64,000 nucleotides of DNA, taken from the IMG/VR virus record IMGVR_UViG_3300017917_004390, positions 29,193 through 93,192 of that record; one strand, 5' to 3'. The notes under the pieces are model-generated. The model was given only the letters and a program-made list of their open reading frames with translations, made no database searches and was not told the origin of the DNA. Each line of letters starts with the position of its first letter. Position 1 is the first letter of the stretch. The position numbers were made by a program, and so were the translations under genes. Source of the stretch: a virus. This document shows positions 1-10,359 of the stretch, in pieces.

Positions 1-495
1 AATATAAACATTATCATAGTTAACTAATTGACACATATCTCTATCATTAGTTAATATAATTATTTTTTCTGATTCGTGATAATTCTTACAATATACAGCT
101 ATTAAATCATCACCTTCAATTTTTGGTTGTTCAAATTGTCTAATAAATAATTCTTCAAGGTATTGTTGTATTCGAATTTTTTGATATAGCTCAGATTCTT
201 TCTCTCTTTCAAAATATTTAATTTCAGCCTCAGATAGTTCAATTTTTCTATACCAATCTTTATTTTTTCTATTAGATTTATAACCTTCATATAAATCATA
301 TTTATATTTACCAGAATTTTCACCATCCCAAAAAACTACAATTTTGGTTGGTTTAATTTCCTTTGCATATTTTCTTAATTTCATCATAAACATAAAAACA
401 GCGGTTATGTCTCTTCCACCAGACATAACCCTATTTTTACTGCTTAAAGAATTTTTAAATAGATAGGAACCGTCTACTACTAAGGTTTTATTCAT
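1..495 (-). CDS. 5'-3' exonuclease / flap endonuclease (T4 RNase H or PolI N-domain-like), 3'-truncated by the window edge
   Basis: Not in the ORF track. Manual translation from ATG at 495 gives MNKTLVVDGSYLF...IVVFWDG...YEGYKSNR...EGDDLIA...IYTNDRDMCQL, which are canonical 5'-nuclease acidic motifs. Confidence 0.9.
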   Translation of the reverse strand, partial: MNKTLVVDGSYLFKNSLSSKNRVMSGGRDITAVFMFMMKLRKYAKEIKPTKIVVFWDGENSGKYKYDLYEGYKSNRKNKDWYRKIELSEAEIKYFEREKESELYQKIRIQQYLEELFIRQFEQPKIEGDDLIAVYCKNYHESEKIIILTNDRDMCQLVNYDNVYI

Positions 496-1555
496 TATCT
501 TCAGGTTCAGTTAATAAAACATCATCATCACCATCTTCAATATCAAATTCAAGTTTTTCATCAGCTGTTCCACCTAAAACTTGCATAAAATAATCTAAGT
601 TTTTCTTTAGGTAAGCATCAATTTCTTTTTTATCATCTTTAATATAACCATCTGGAACTACAATTAATTTACCTGATAACGAAAGTCCAGTAACGTGATT
701 TTTATCAACAGCTACACTAACTCTACTACCGTAAGTAATAGTTTTACTACCCTTTTTAACTGTAATTTTATTTAAACCAGCGTTAGCAATATTTCCAAAT
801 TGAATTACAAAAATTGAATCGTAATATTGGGTTGTTCCACCTTTTGGTTGCATTTTTGGTTTACCCATTGGGTTATCAGGTTTAGCAACCCAAACTTTGT
901 TTACGCAAATCAATGAATTAGTATATTCAGAGGTACTTCTTCTTGAAGCGGTAATTCTTTGGTTAACCGAACCACCGAATTGTGTTGACATCGCACCAGC
1001 ATTCCACTCATTATTTGATTTACCTTTTTCAACAGACATTAAACAAGGTACTGAACCTACTGAATCCCAAAAGAAATCTAAATCATATGGTAGTTTACCT
1101 TTTTCTTGGTCATCTAATAATCTATTAATGAATTGAGCTACATCTTCAATAGTTTTCAATGTTGATTTATCAACATAAATAAAATTACCTTCATAATTAA
1201 CTTCACCAGTTGTTTCATCAACTACCTCATCATATTGAACACCTAGCATTTTAGCGTGTCCCCAAGACCATTTCATCTCAGTAATAATAAATACGGGTAA
1301 TCTACCTCTTCTTTGTGAATCAGCAGCCGCTAATAACATTGCGGTTGATTTTGATGTGTTTGAATGTCCCATTAATACGGTTACACCACCAATAGGTATC
1401 CCCGGTACACCAGTTAATTCTTTAAATGCTGAACCTAATTCAAACCATTCAACAGGTTTAAATGATGTATTATCTACATTAGTTTTCTTTTTATAATCAG
1501 ATAATGAAAATGTTTTCTTTTTTAATGTTGGTTCTTTAGTAAATGTTGAAGCCAT
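488..1555 (-). CDS. uvsX: RecA/UvsX-like recombinase
   Basis: Variant Walker A GHSNTSKS, Walker B FFWDSVG, KGG and VDKNH motifs. Likely start is ATG at 1555 (MASTF), because the track start at 1579 lies in a hairpin. Confidence 0.85.
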   Translation of the reverse strand: MASTFTKEPTLKKKTFSLSDYKKKTNVDNTSFKPVEWFELGSAFKELTGVPGIPIGGVTVLMGHSNTSKSTAMLLAAADSQRRGRLPVFIITEMKWSWGHAKMLGVQYDEVVDETTGEVNYEGNFIYVDKSTLKTIEDVAQFINRLLDDQEKGKLPYDLDFFWDSVGSVPCLMSVEKGKSNNEWNAGAMSTQFGGSVNQRITASRRSTSEYTNSLICVNKVWVAKPDNPMGKPKMQPKGGTTQYYDSIFVIQFGNIANAGLNKITVKKGSKTITYGSRVSVAVDKNHVTGLSLSGKLIVVPDGYIKDDKKEIDAYLKKNLDYFMQVLGGTADEKLEFDIEDGDDDVLLTEPEDNE

Positions 1556-1575
1556 AATATATGGGTATAAAAAAT

Positions 1576-1606
1576 CCACCCACTAACATTAGTGGTTAAT
1601 GGGTGG
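1576..1606 (-). terminator. Stem-loop between ssb and uvsX (terminator or processing site)
   Basis: ccacccactaac...gttaatgggtgg imperfect inverted repeat, followed on the minus strand by a T run. Confidence 0.5.
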
Positions 1607-1623
1607 TTATAAAATTATTTTGT

Positions 1624-2496
1624 TTAGAACGGTAAATCGTCGTCCTCTAATGGTTTAGTAGTATTTTCTTCAAATGTAGAAGGGGGTACAAAACTAGCTG
1701 AATTTGAATAAGCTCCGTGAATATCGTCGTCATCATCTTCATCATCTACGCTAGGTGCTGAGGAAGTGTATTGAGGTATTGAATTTTTATCAATACTGTA
1801 TTGATTATGAAATTGTTTAAGGTAATCATTAATTTTATTAATCATCTCAATAAAAAACGTTTGTTGTTTCTTAGTTTTATTGATTTCATTACCTTCTTCA
1901 TCCGTTTCAAACGCCTTAGGGATTTCAGTAATTTTATAACCCCAATCAAATTTAGTATTTTCTTCTTTATATACACCATAATTTTTAGAATTAGCTACCC
2001 AATTAGCAGCATTTCTAACATACAATGCTATATTCTTTTTCTTAGGGTCTTTTTCATTATCACTTACATAGAAGTAGAATTTTAAATAACCAAAAGGTTT
2101 ATTATCTTTTACATGACCATAAAATGAATTTAGAATACTAAACAACATTGGTTGTACAGATTTCTTTTGTGTAATAAAATCCATATCAAGTTGATAATTA
2201 TTATCAGCATCATCAACTAATACAAATTGTACTAATGGTTTAGGTTGTTTTTGACCATTTACTTCAATAAAATTATCAGCTTTATATTTAATTTCTTTCA
2301 GATAAGCGTATAAAACTAATGGGTTACCATTTTTATCTAATAATTTTTTATTTACCCATGTGCCATCAGATGTTCTTTCTGATGTTTCAAAATATTTACC
2401 TATAATAGGTGATTTTCTGTCGTCAGGTACAGCATACTTACTTTTAACTTTAATGTACGTTGTTTTTTTGTAATCGGATGTTGCTTCAAATCCCAT
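1624..2496 (-). CDS. Putative single-stranded DNA-binding protein
   Basis: Acidic disordered C-terminus ending EDDDLPF; adjacent to the recombinase and 5' nuclease. Confidence 0.6.
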   Translation of the reverse strand: MGFEATSDYKKTTYIKVKSKYAVPDDRKSPIIGKYFETSERTSDGTWVNKKLLDKNGNPLVLYAYLKEIKYKADNFIEVNGQKQPKPLVQFVLVDDADNNYQLDMDFITQKKSVQPMLFSILNSFYGHVKDNKPFGYLKFYFYVSDNEKDPKKKNIALYVRNAANWVANSKNYGVYKEENTKFDWGYKITEIPKAFETDEEGNEINKTKKQQTFFIEMINKINDYLKQFHNQYSIDKNSIPQYTSSAPSVDDEDDDDDIHGAYSNSASFVPPSTFEENTTKPLEDDDLPF

Positions 2497-2573
2497 GTTA
2501 ATTTTTTTTTAATGTTAAAAATTTATTTTACGTTAAACTAATATAATGTTTATTTATTATAAATAGTATATTT

Positions 2574-3992
2574 TTATTCTATAATTTTAAAATTTGTTTT
2601 ATTCGTATCACCAATTAAATTATTAAATTCATCATAAAATCCAGCTTCAATAGTATAAAAATTTGGTATAAACCATTTTAAGTCTATAATATCATAAAAA
2701 GTATCATTTAATTTATTAGCAAGAGTCAAGGGTATTACATCTATTTGTTGAGTACCTTGTCTAACATATATTTTATATTTAAGATTTACTTTTAAATTTG
2801 TATATATTTTATTCTCATTTAAAAATTTTGAATTAAAAATTACTTTTTTAATTGAATCATTTCTTAAAACATCATTACTTTTAATACCATTAATACTAAT
2901 ATGAGTTTTAATACTACTATAATCAAATTCATCCTGATACTCCAATAAAGTGAATGAATTGGTTTGGTTTTTTAACTTGTTATTAATATTAAAATACCAA
3001 ACATCATTATAATTTTGATTTATTTCATAAATATCTGAATCAAAATTAACATCAATATAATAAGTTGAATTAAATTGTTTTTTTATGTTTTCAGTTATTG
3101 TTAAAGATGTAGTAACAGTAGTTAAAGTTAATGAACTTACAACTTGGTATGTTAAACTTGATATAGTTTGAACTATTTCACCGTTTTGATTTAAGATTTC
3201 AACTCTATCAACATTTGTTATCGGTTTTGAATAATTAAAAACTAATTTACTATTTGTATCAGAATATAAGTGGCACCTATCATCAATAATTGAGTTATCA
3301 TATACTGTTTCAAGATAAGGTTCAAAAAAAGTATAAGTGTATTTACTAAAAAAACTAACTGTATTTCTTACTTGGTCTAATATATTTTCAGTTGAACTAC
3401 TATATGCGATACCAAAACCACTAGTAGTTCCAGCTGAAAATAATATACTATTTATTTTTTCAGTTATATCTAAATCTATATTTTCATTACCAATAACAAA
3501 TCTTTGTGTATTTAAGATTGTTAAACCTGTTGATGTATTATCATAACAACCATTAATAGACCAAGGCTGATTATTTTTTCTATTAAACCAGTTTGGTGCT
3601 GTTTTATTAATATTTAAACTAATATTGTCAGTATAAATATAATCATATCCAGTACCTTCATCAAATTCCTCTGGAGATTCAAAAAGTATTAAATCAAAAC
3701 CAGAAGAACGTCTGGATTTAATCATATTAGTACCAATAAGTTCATCGTTAAGATTAATTACGTTTGTAAATTTTAATTTATGAGATAAAATTTTATTATT
3801 AGTTATTTCACCACTATTAATTTTTTCTATTAAAGGGTTTAAATCTATATTAAATAAATATCTACTAACATTAGTACTTGAACTAACAATTGAACCACCA
3901 TAACTTAACTCAATTACTGGGTTTCTACTATTATTAGAATATGAATTTTGTATAATGGTTGCTTGTTTATCAAAATAACTTCTGTGAATCAT
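2574..3992 (-). CDS. Putative virion structural protein
   Basis: 472 aa ORF rich in N/S/T, preceded by a CTATTTAT motif. Confidence 0.5.
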   Translation of the reverse strand: MIHRSYFDKQATIIQNSYSNNSRNPVIELSYGGSIVSSSTNVSRYLFNIDLNPLIEKINSGEITNNKILSHKLKFTNVINLNDELIGTNMIKSRRSSGFDLILFESPEEFDEGTGYDYIYTDNISLNINKTAPNWFNRKNNQPWSINGCYDNTSTGLTILNTQRFVIGNENIDLDITEKINSILFSAGTTSGFGIAYSSSTENILDQVRNTVSFFSKYTYTFFEPYLETVYDNSIIDDRCHLYSDTNSKLVFNYSKPITNVDRVEILNQNGEIVQTISSLTYQVVSSLTLTTVTTSLTITENIKKQFNSTYYIDVNFDSDIYEINQNYNDVWYFNINNKLKNQTNSFTLLEYQDEFDYSSIKTHISINGIKSNDVLRNDSIKKVIFNSKFLNENKIYTNLKVNLKYKIYVRQGTQQIDVIPLTLANKLNDTFYDIIDLKWFIPNFYTIEAGFYDEFNNLIGDTNKTNFKIIE

Positions 3993-4017
3993 TTATGTTT
4001 CTATTTTATATAAATAG

Positions 4018-4284
4018 TTAAGAAGTTGTTTTAATGAAGTCAAATTTTTTAATAGCACCTTTAATTGTGGGTGATTTCGCCCATGCTCTATGTGTATTAG
4101 ATATATACCAAATTTTACCTTCCGTATCTGTTGATTTCCAAATAGCTATATCATTATCACTCCAAACAGCACCTCTTTCTTTACATATTTTTTTTTCATC
4201 ATCAGTGAGTGCAATTTGATGTTTTCTGAATCGTTTTAAAGTGTTTTTTCTTTTATGTTCTAGTAAAAGTGTTCTTAAAAACAT
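4018..4284 (-). CDS. Hypothetical protein
   Basis: 88 aa ORF coupled to the upstream gene. Confidence 0.6.
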   Translation of the reverse strand: MFLRTLLLEHKRKNTLKRFRKHQIALTDDEKKICKERGAVWSDNDIAIWKSTDTEGKIWYISNTHRAWAKSPTIKGAIKKFDFIKTTS

Positions 4285-4919
4285 TATAACATATTTTTTA
4301 TATCATTATCAGTTAATTGTCTTCCAATGGTATTATTCTGACCCTTTTGATTCTCATGATATTGAGGTGAATTATAATAGATATTAGGGTTTTCAGCTGA
4401 AACTCCATTTCTCTTTAAATAGTTTGACCAGTATTCATCAGGTGTTAACCCACCACTAATTTTAACCATTGTATTAAGTTGTTCAATAGGTAGTGGAGGT
4501 TCAAGTTTTTCAACTCTTTTTTCAAGATTATCAACCTTAGGTTCAATAACTTGTTGGATTGAATCAATTTCCATTTTATTATCTTTAACTACATTAGTTA
4601 AACGATTTACAAAATCAAAAAGTTGGTCAATTTTATTTGACTGTGTTTTTAATAAACTAACTGTAAGAGCATCAACATCATCATCCTTTTTTTCAATTTC
4701 AACATCAGTTTTATTTTCAATTGGCTCAGGAACAACTTGTTCGTTTTCAGTTTCATCTTCTACTGTTGATTCATCACCCATAGCTTTATTAAGATTACTA
4801 ATAATCTTTTTATCAAGTTCTTCATTATCAAAGTCATCAGGTTTCTGATTAACTCCACTTTTTATTTGAAATTCAAAAAGGTAATTAAATTTGTCAATAT
4901 CTGTTAGTTTTTTTTTCAT
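4284..4919 (-). CDS. Hypothetical coiled-coil protein
   Basis: 211 aa acidic ORF. Confidence 0.65.
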   Translation of the reverse strand: MKKKLTDIDKFNYLFEFQIKSGVNQKPDDFDNEELDKKIISNLNKAMGDESTVEDETENEQVVPEPIENKTDVEIEKKDDDVDALTVSLLKTQSNKIDQLFDFVNRLTNVVKDNKMEIDSIQQVIEPKVDNLEKRVEKLEPPLPIEQLNTMVKISGGLTPDEYWSNYLKRNGVSAENPNIYYNSPQYHENQKGQNNTIGRQLTDNDIKNML

Positions 4920-4942
4920 CTATAATAATGTTATTATTAATA

Positions 4943-5116
4943 TTATTTATAGTATACTTCTTTTAGTAATTGACGACCATCACTAGTGACCATTTTTTTG
5001 TCTAATAATTCATATCGTTCAATCAACCCATCTTTTTCAGTAATTATAACCTGCTCGTCATCAATATTTAGAGCCTGTTTTAATTTTTTTTCCATTTCTT
5101 TATCTTTAGGTTCCAT
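4943..5116 (-). CDS. Small hypothetical protein (57 aa)
   Basis: Not in the track: MEPKDKEMEKKLKQALNIDDEQVIITEKDGLIERYELLDKKMVTSDGRQLLKEVYYK. It fills the gap and is preceded by CTATTTAA at 5130-5137. Confidence 0.65.
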   Translation of the reverse strand: MEPKDKEMEKKLKQALNIDDEQVIITEKDGLIERYELLDKKMVTSDGRQLLKEVYYK

Positions 5117-5140
5117 AACTATTTTTATATTAAATAGTTA

Positions 5141-5773
5141 TTATTTTTTTAGATTTATAAAAAATGGTATATTTTTTTCTAATATAAAACGGTCCATGTT
5201 AGGAAATAAAGAAATGAAAAAATCTCTAACTTCACCCTTTTTATCTATAAGACAGTTAAAATTGTTATTAAGATATGTCAAAAATTCTAATTTAATATCT
5301 TCAAATATTTGATAATTTCTAATATCTATTATATAAATTAAGTCCGTATAAATATATACGGTATTGTTATAATAATAAATATTTTTTACTGTTTCTTGAT
5401 TAAAGAAGTCAATAACTTTGTCAATATTATCAAACTCAGGGGTAAAAAATGGGTCAATTATTTTAAATTTATTATCAACTATCAATAAATCAGGTATAAC
5501 ATTAAGAAACTCTTTAAATCCATTAATAAAATAATTTAAAAATTCTTTAGGGTTAAAACACCAATATGTTTTATTATTAATTTTATAATTTTCAATTTCT
5601 ATATTAGGATAAATAGATTTAGCATATTCATAACCAACTATTAATGTTGGAATTTCATCATTAATATAATTAGAATGAAAATGTAAATATTTAAGCAATG
5701 AACTATATTCATAAAAAGTATTTAAATAATTATCATCTTTTGATAAGCCGCAAACATTAGCTATTTTATACAT
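5141..5773 (-). CDS. Hypothetical protein
   Basis: 210 aa ORF, start overlaps the stop of the upstream gene. Confidence 0.65.
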   Translation of the reverse strand: MYKIANVCGLSKDDNYLNTFYEYSSLLKYLHFHSNYINDEIPTLIVGYEYAKSIYPNIEIENYKINNKTYWCFNPKEFLNYFINGFKEFLNVIPDLLIVDNKFKIIDPFFTPEFDNIDKVIDFFNQETVKNIYYYNNTVYIYTDLIYIIDIRNYQIFEDIKLEFLTYLNNNFNCLIDKKGEVRDFFISLFPNMDRFILEKNIPFFINLKK

Positions 5774-8700
5774 TATAATGAATTAATACGTTGATAATCA
5801 TAAACTCCGTTTCTAATATACCCATATTTTTTCATAAATTTCTCAACTTGCATTATAACCCCTGATAATATTTCATCATAATTTGGTGCGGCTGCATATC
5901 CATCTAATTTCATCATTTCAGCTATTTTATAATATAAATCAGGGTCAGAATATTGAGGTTCACCTTTATTTTGTAAATTATTATTTACTAATATATTAAT
6001 ATTTCTATAGATGTTTGATTTAGGGTTTAATAATAAGTCACTTAATGCTTTCACACCTTCATACCTAGTTTTATAAGCTCTGAACTTGGCAATATAAACT
6101 ACTATATAATTATTAGTAGTACCTTTCATTTTCTGTGTTTGACCTATTTCTTTTTGTTTTAAATCAAAAATTACCGGTTCAGTTATTATATTACCGTTTT
6201 CAAAATATTTTGAATCTGTAGTGATTCGGTTATTAACTGTCTTTACTAGTTCACCTTTATGATTATAAAAACCAAGTATATTATTTACTCCGGTATAATT
6301 AATATCGTTTGTTGATAAACTATCTTTATTTGATTTATATATATCACTATTTTCTTTAACTTTTGAGGCTTTTACTATATTAAAATAGATATTATATTTA
6401 TCATCTGTTAATAATTTTTCATCACCGCTTTCAAGTATCATAGTAGCTAATGTATTTATAGCTGGAAATCCTGTTTGTTTTTGTACATCGAAAGCATCTT
6501 TAAGGTATTTATTAATAACATTTTCTCTTCTATTACCACCAGTGTTTAAATCTTTATCTCTATCAGTTTTTATATTAGGTTTTCTAACAAAAATAGTACT
6601 ATTAAAGGTAGAAAGAATATCCTCATTAATTTTATTAATAGTATTAGTATATTTATTATTTTTATTGTATAACATATAAGGTTGGTCAACAATAGGTAAT
6701 GTGTTTCTACTAATTCTATAAGCTTTAAATGATGTTTTTAACTGATTTGACGAATCAATTGAATGTGTTGTTGAATATAACATATAAAATCCATTGAAAA
6801 GCGGGTTATTTGTTAAAACACAGTATTGTGTTGGCTGTATAGTCATACAGCCATGTGGTATTGTTGAAGAAATACTATAACTTCTTTTTTTATACAATGT
6901 TAATAAAGATTGACCTTTTGGTAAACTAAAGCTATTACTCTGGTTATTAATAATACTAGATGTAATTCTTAAAGATTCATCAGTATTTTTATAATCTTCA
7001 GTACTAAATCTAAAATCATTAAAAAATGCTTGATTTTGTATGCCAGTATAATTAATAATAAAACCTCTAACATTAGTATTTAGTAAATCAGAAGGTATAT
7101 TATCAATTGTGACTCCATCATCAGGTATTAAATCATTTGTTTTAAGTGATTTGGACAGTCCTCCCACATAAATACATAAAAATTGTGGTTGAGTGTTTTG
7201 AACTTTAATTTCATTTGATAACCGAAATCCATCTGACCATTTTTTAGGGTCATTAAATAAACCTAAATTTTGAAAAGGATAAAACCAAAAATTATTCTTG
7301 GTCAATATATTTGAAATAACTGAAAGTACTGACATTTTACTATCAGTTGAATCATCAATCATACTACTAAGGTCTAATATGCACTTTTTAGATATATCAT
7401 TAAAGTTTCTATCAACAAAATTAAAAGTATCAATAGTTTTAGTATTATTACCATTAACCCTTGCATAATAATTCTCATATATCATCTGAAAACTATTATA
7501 TAATTCAAGTTTTAAATCATTATCTAACACATTGGACTGAAATTCTTTACTTAATTCAGCTATTCTTTTATTATCTGATGTTATTTGAGAATTTAATTCC
7601 GTTAATAAACTAAAAAAGTACTTATTAAATAAAGTATTACCCAATAAATTATTAGGTACAAATTTGTTTGTATCATCAACATAATTAATATTAGGTTCTG
7701 AATCACCAAAAACTGATGTATCATTAACCACAATATAATATTTACCCTCAAACCTGTTGGTTTCAGTATTAAAAACACCGAATATATCATTAATAATATC
7801 AGTTTCTTTTTTACTCCTATTTTTATTAAAGGCTATTAAAGTATCATTATTTATATTATAAGAAGATAAAAAATCAGAATAAACTTTAATACAGTTTTTG
7901 AAAAAATTACTGCTCTTATAAAATATTAAACTTGAAGATAAAAATATATTTGATTTGATAGTGAAATATACATTATTATCTAATTGCTCAGATAAAAATC
8001 TATAACCTAAATTTAATATTAAACCTAATGGAACTTCTAAAATTGAATTTTTACTAAATCTAAAACTATTATACTTACCAAATAATAATATTAAATCTTT
8101 GAATTTAATATTATTATCAATATTAATATCTTTTTCATTATAAATTTGAGTAATATCAGAACTTTCAACAATAAAATCACTTACTGTATCTACAGTAAGG
8201 TTATCTTTAACAAAAAGTATATTTTCCTTAGTGTAAACTTGTGATTTATTTTTAATAAATGTATTTAAAAGACTATTATCGTTAGTAGTTGTATTATCAA
8301 CTAAATCAATATTAATCTCATCATCTGAAAATAATAATAAACTATTAACATCGGATGAATAATTAGTGAAAGTTGTATTACCTATATTAATATTTGACGT
8401 GCCAAATTTTGTTGTTTGTGAATAAACTTCGGTTGTTGATGGGTTATTAAGTAAATAATTACCAACATTTGATTCACTACGAATATCTCTGTATAAATTA
8501 CTAAAAAAATTCTTAGTTTGTTTATTATCTTTAATTGATGTTAATATATTAATAGCTTCATCTTTAGATTTTTGTAATAAAAAATCATTATCAAACTCAA
8601 TATGATTAGTTCCTTTATTAATAAAAACAATATATCTTAGTATTATTAATTTTAATAGTTCATTAACATTATTAGTATTACTAAGATAAGGATTTATTAA

Positions 8701-10260
8701 TTCGGGTTCATTAAAAATATTATAGTTTTTGTAGTATTCATAAGGATTTAATGGGATATAATTATTAGGATTATTAATATTTGGATTGTTAAGTGTATCT
8801 TCATAGAGTTTTTCATTAATTTGTTCATTAACCATTGATTGAACAAATTTTTCAATAAATTGAACCTCAGGCCAAGTTTTAAAAGCTGGTATTGAACCAG
8901 GATAAACTAAATTATTATTGTTAACAACAGTGGGAAATCCTAACTTACCAATAATATTAGGTACATTTCTATTCTGATTAGAACCTAAATCACCAGAAGT
9001 TTTAATTTCATTAATCAAATAATCATAATCATTCATTAAAACTTTAAAAACATTATAGGCTGTTTGTTTTTCATTATCACCTAAAAATTTTCTAGTTACA
9101 TTTGTAATTTTAGTTTCTAATTCTTGATTAAAAGTTTTACTTTTATTTAATACCTCATTTCTAAGATTTTCGATATAAGAAAATAAATCTCTATATTCAA
9201 GAGTAATTTTATTATAAGATGTATTATATATAATTTGAATTAAATCCCTAGGTGCATCATTTTGTTCTAATGAATTTCTAAATGATTGTTGTATAGCATC
9301 AAAATAAGGTTTATATTCATCTTTATTTGTAGGATATTTTAGATTAACCAAATTAAAAATTAACTGTCTACCTTTATTTGAGTTTACAACATTATTAGTT
9401 ATATCATTTATTATATTTTCATTTGGATTCAATATTTGAGTTAAATCCGATTTAATAGATTCTTTACTAATATATGAGTTTAATAAATCTGTTAAATTGT
9501 TATAAATACTAGTTTTAGATTCTATTTCATTCCTTTTTCTTTTTTCTTCATCACTTTCTTCAATTCTCTTAATATTGTTATAAAGAGATTTTAATCTATA
9601 AAGTAAATCGTAGACACTAACAACCTCACCATCTGATGTACTTTTAAGTCCTTTGTAAAAATGAACAGCCTTTAGATAATTGAAAAGTATATCAGTCATA
9701 CTACTAAATTTATCGCCAACAAATTTAGCTTTAATAATATGATTTCCACTATTTGAATCCACTTCAACTGTGGTGTTACCTTGAATCATTAATCTAAATT
9801 CAACAAGCGGTCCGTAAGCACCTTTAATTCTTAATTTAAAAATTGGAGGTGGTAAATCAAAAAGTGAATTAAATTTACTATTTGAATCTTGAATACTATT
9901 ACCTTTTACATCAATAAAAGTTATATTAACTATTGGTATTTTATTTGCATCAATATTTATATTGATATCTTGAATACCAAAACCTTCATATGTATCATTA
10001 GTTGTATCTGGTCCAACAATATATTCAGTATATCTAGTTGAATAATATTTATCATCAGAATTAATAAAACCTTGTAAATTAATAGTTTCTGGTTTAGAAT
10101 TAGAAACATCAATAGTATTATCTGAACCAATATTTATAATTGATTTACTTCTTTTATAAATTAATAATTCTACAAAAGGTTTAATATCTTCAATTTTATT
10201 GATAAGATTATAGATATCAGTATTATCAATATCATTAGGATTTATTAAATAGTTATTCAT
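5773..10260 (-). CDS. Large baseplate/tail-associated protein with C-terminal GH73 (FlgJ-like) glucosaminidase domain
   Basis: 1495 aa. C-terminal motifs LATMILESG, FRAYKTRYEG and GYAAAPNY are typical of GH73 peptidoglycan hydrolases. Confidence 0.65.
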   Translation of the reverse strand: MNNYLINPNDIDNTDIYNLINKIEDIKPFVELLIYKRSKSIINIGSDNTIDVSNSKPETINLQGFINSDDKYYSTRYTEYIVGPDTTNDTYEGFGIQDININIDANKIPIVNITFIDVKGNSIQDSNSKFNSLFDLPPPIFKLRIKGAYGPLVEFRLMIQGNTTVEVDSNSGNHIIKAKFVGDKFSSMTDILFNYLKAVHFYKGLKSTSDGEVVSVYDLLYRLKSLYNNIKRIEESDEEKRKRNEIESKTSIYNNLTDLLNSYISKESIKSDLTQILNPNENIINDITNNVVNSNKGRQLIFNLVNLKYPTNKDEYKPYFDAIQQSFRNSLEQNDAPRDLIQIIYNTSYNKITLEYRDLFSYIENLRNEVLNKSKTFNQELETKITNVTRKFLGDNEKQTAYNVFKVLMNDYDYLINEIKTSGDLGSNQNRNVPNIIGKLGFPTVVNNNNLVYPGSIPAFKTWPEVQFIEKFVQSMVNEQINEKLYEDTLNNPNINNPNNYIPLNPYEYYKNYNIFNEPELINPYLSNTNNVNELLKLIILRYIVFINKGTNHIEFDNDFLLQKSKDEAINILTSIKDNKQTKNFFSNLYRDIRSESNVGNYLLNNPSTTEVYSQTTKFGTSNINIGNTTFTNYSSDVNSLLLFSDDEINIDLVDNTTTNDNSLLNTFIKNKSQVYTKENILFVKDNLTVDTVSDFIVESSDITQIYNEKDINIDNNIKFKDLILLFGKYNSFRFSKNSILEVPLGLILNLGYRFLSEQLDNNVYFTIKSNIFLSSSLIFYKSSNFFKNCIKVYSDFLSSYNINNDTLIAFNKNRSKKETDIINDIFGVFNTETNRFEGKYYIVVNDTSVFGDSEPNINYVDDTNKFVPNNLLGNTLFNKYFFSLLTELNSQITSDNKRIAELSKEFQSNVLDNDLKLELYNSFQMIYENYYARVNGNNTKTIDTFNFVDRNFNDISKKCILDLSSMIDDSTDSKMSVLSVISNILTKNNFWFYPFQNLGLFNDPKKWSDGFRLSNEIKVQNTQPQFLCIYVGGLSKSLKTNDLIPDDGVTIDNIPSDLLNTNVRGFIINYTGIQNQAFFNDFRFSTEDYKNTDESLRITSSIINNQSNSFSLPKGQSLLTLYKKRSYSISSTIPHGCMTIQPTQYCVLTNNPLFNGFYMLYSTTHSIDSSNQLKTSFKAYRISRNTLPIVDQPYMLYNKNNKYTNTINKINEDILSTFNSTIFVRKPNIKTDRDKDLNTGGNRRENVINKYLKDAFDVQKQTGFPAINTLATMILESGDEKLLTDDKYNIYFNIVKASKVKENSDIYKSNKDSLSTNDINYTGVNNILGFYNHKGELVKTVNNRITTDSKYFENGNIITEPVIFDLKQKEIGQTQKMKGTTNNYIVVYIAKFRAYKTRYEGVKALSDLLLNPKSNIYRNINILVNNNLQNKGEPQYSDPDLYYKIAEMMKLDGYAAAPNYDEILSGVIMQVEKFMKKYGYIRNGVYDYQRINSL

Positions 10261-10359
10261 CTTATTGTTAATATACTATATTTAGTTAAAATATGATTTA
10301 ATAAACAGTTGGGTATTTTTTTTTAATAAACCAAGGTTTATATGGTTCACGTTTTGTCA

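Noticed and set aside
102-326. 74-aa minus-strand ORF in the track
   Set aside because: It lies out of frame within the real 5'-3' exonuclease gene (1..495).
4010-4017. T4-type late promoter TATAAATA
   Set aside because: The motif consistently points away from the adjacent downstream gene; the coding-strand reading is CTATTTAT.
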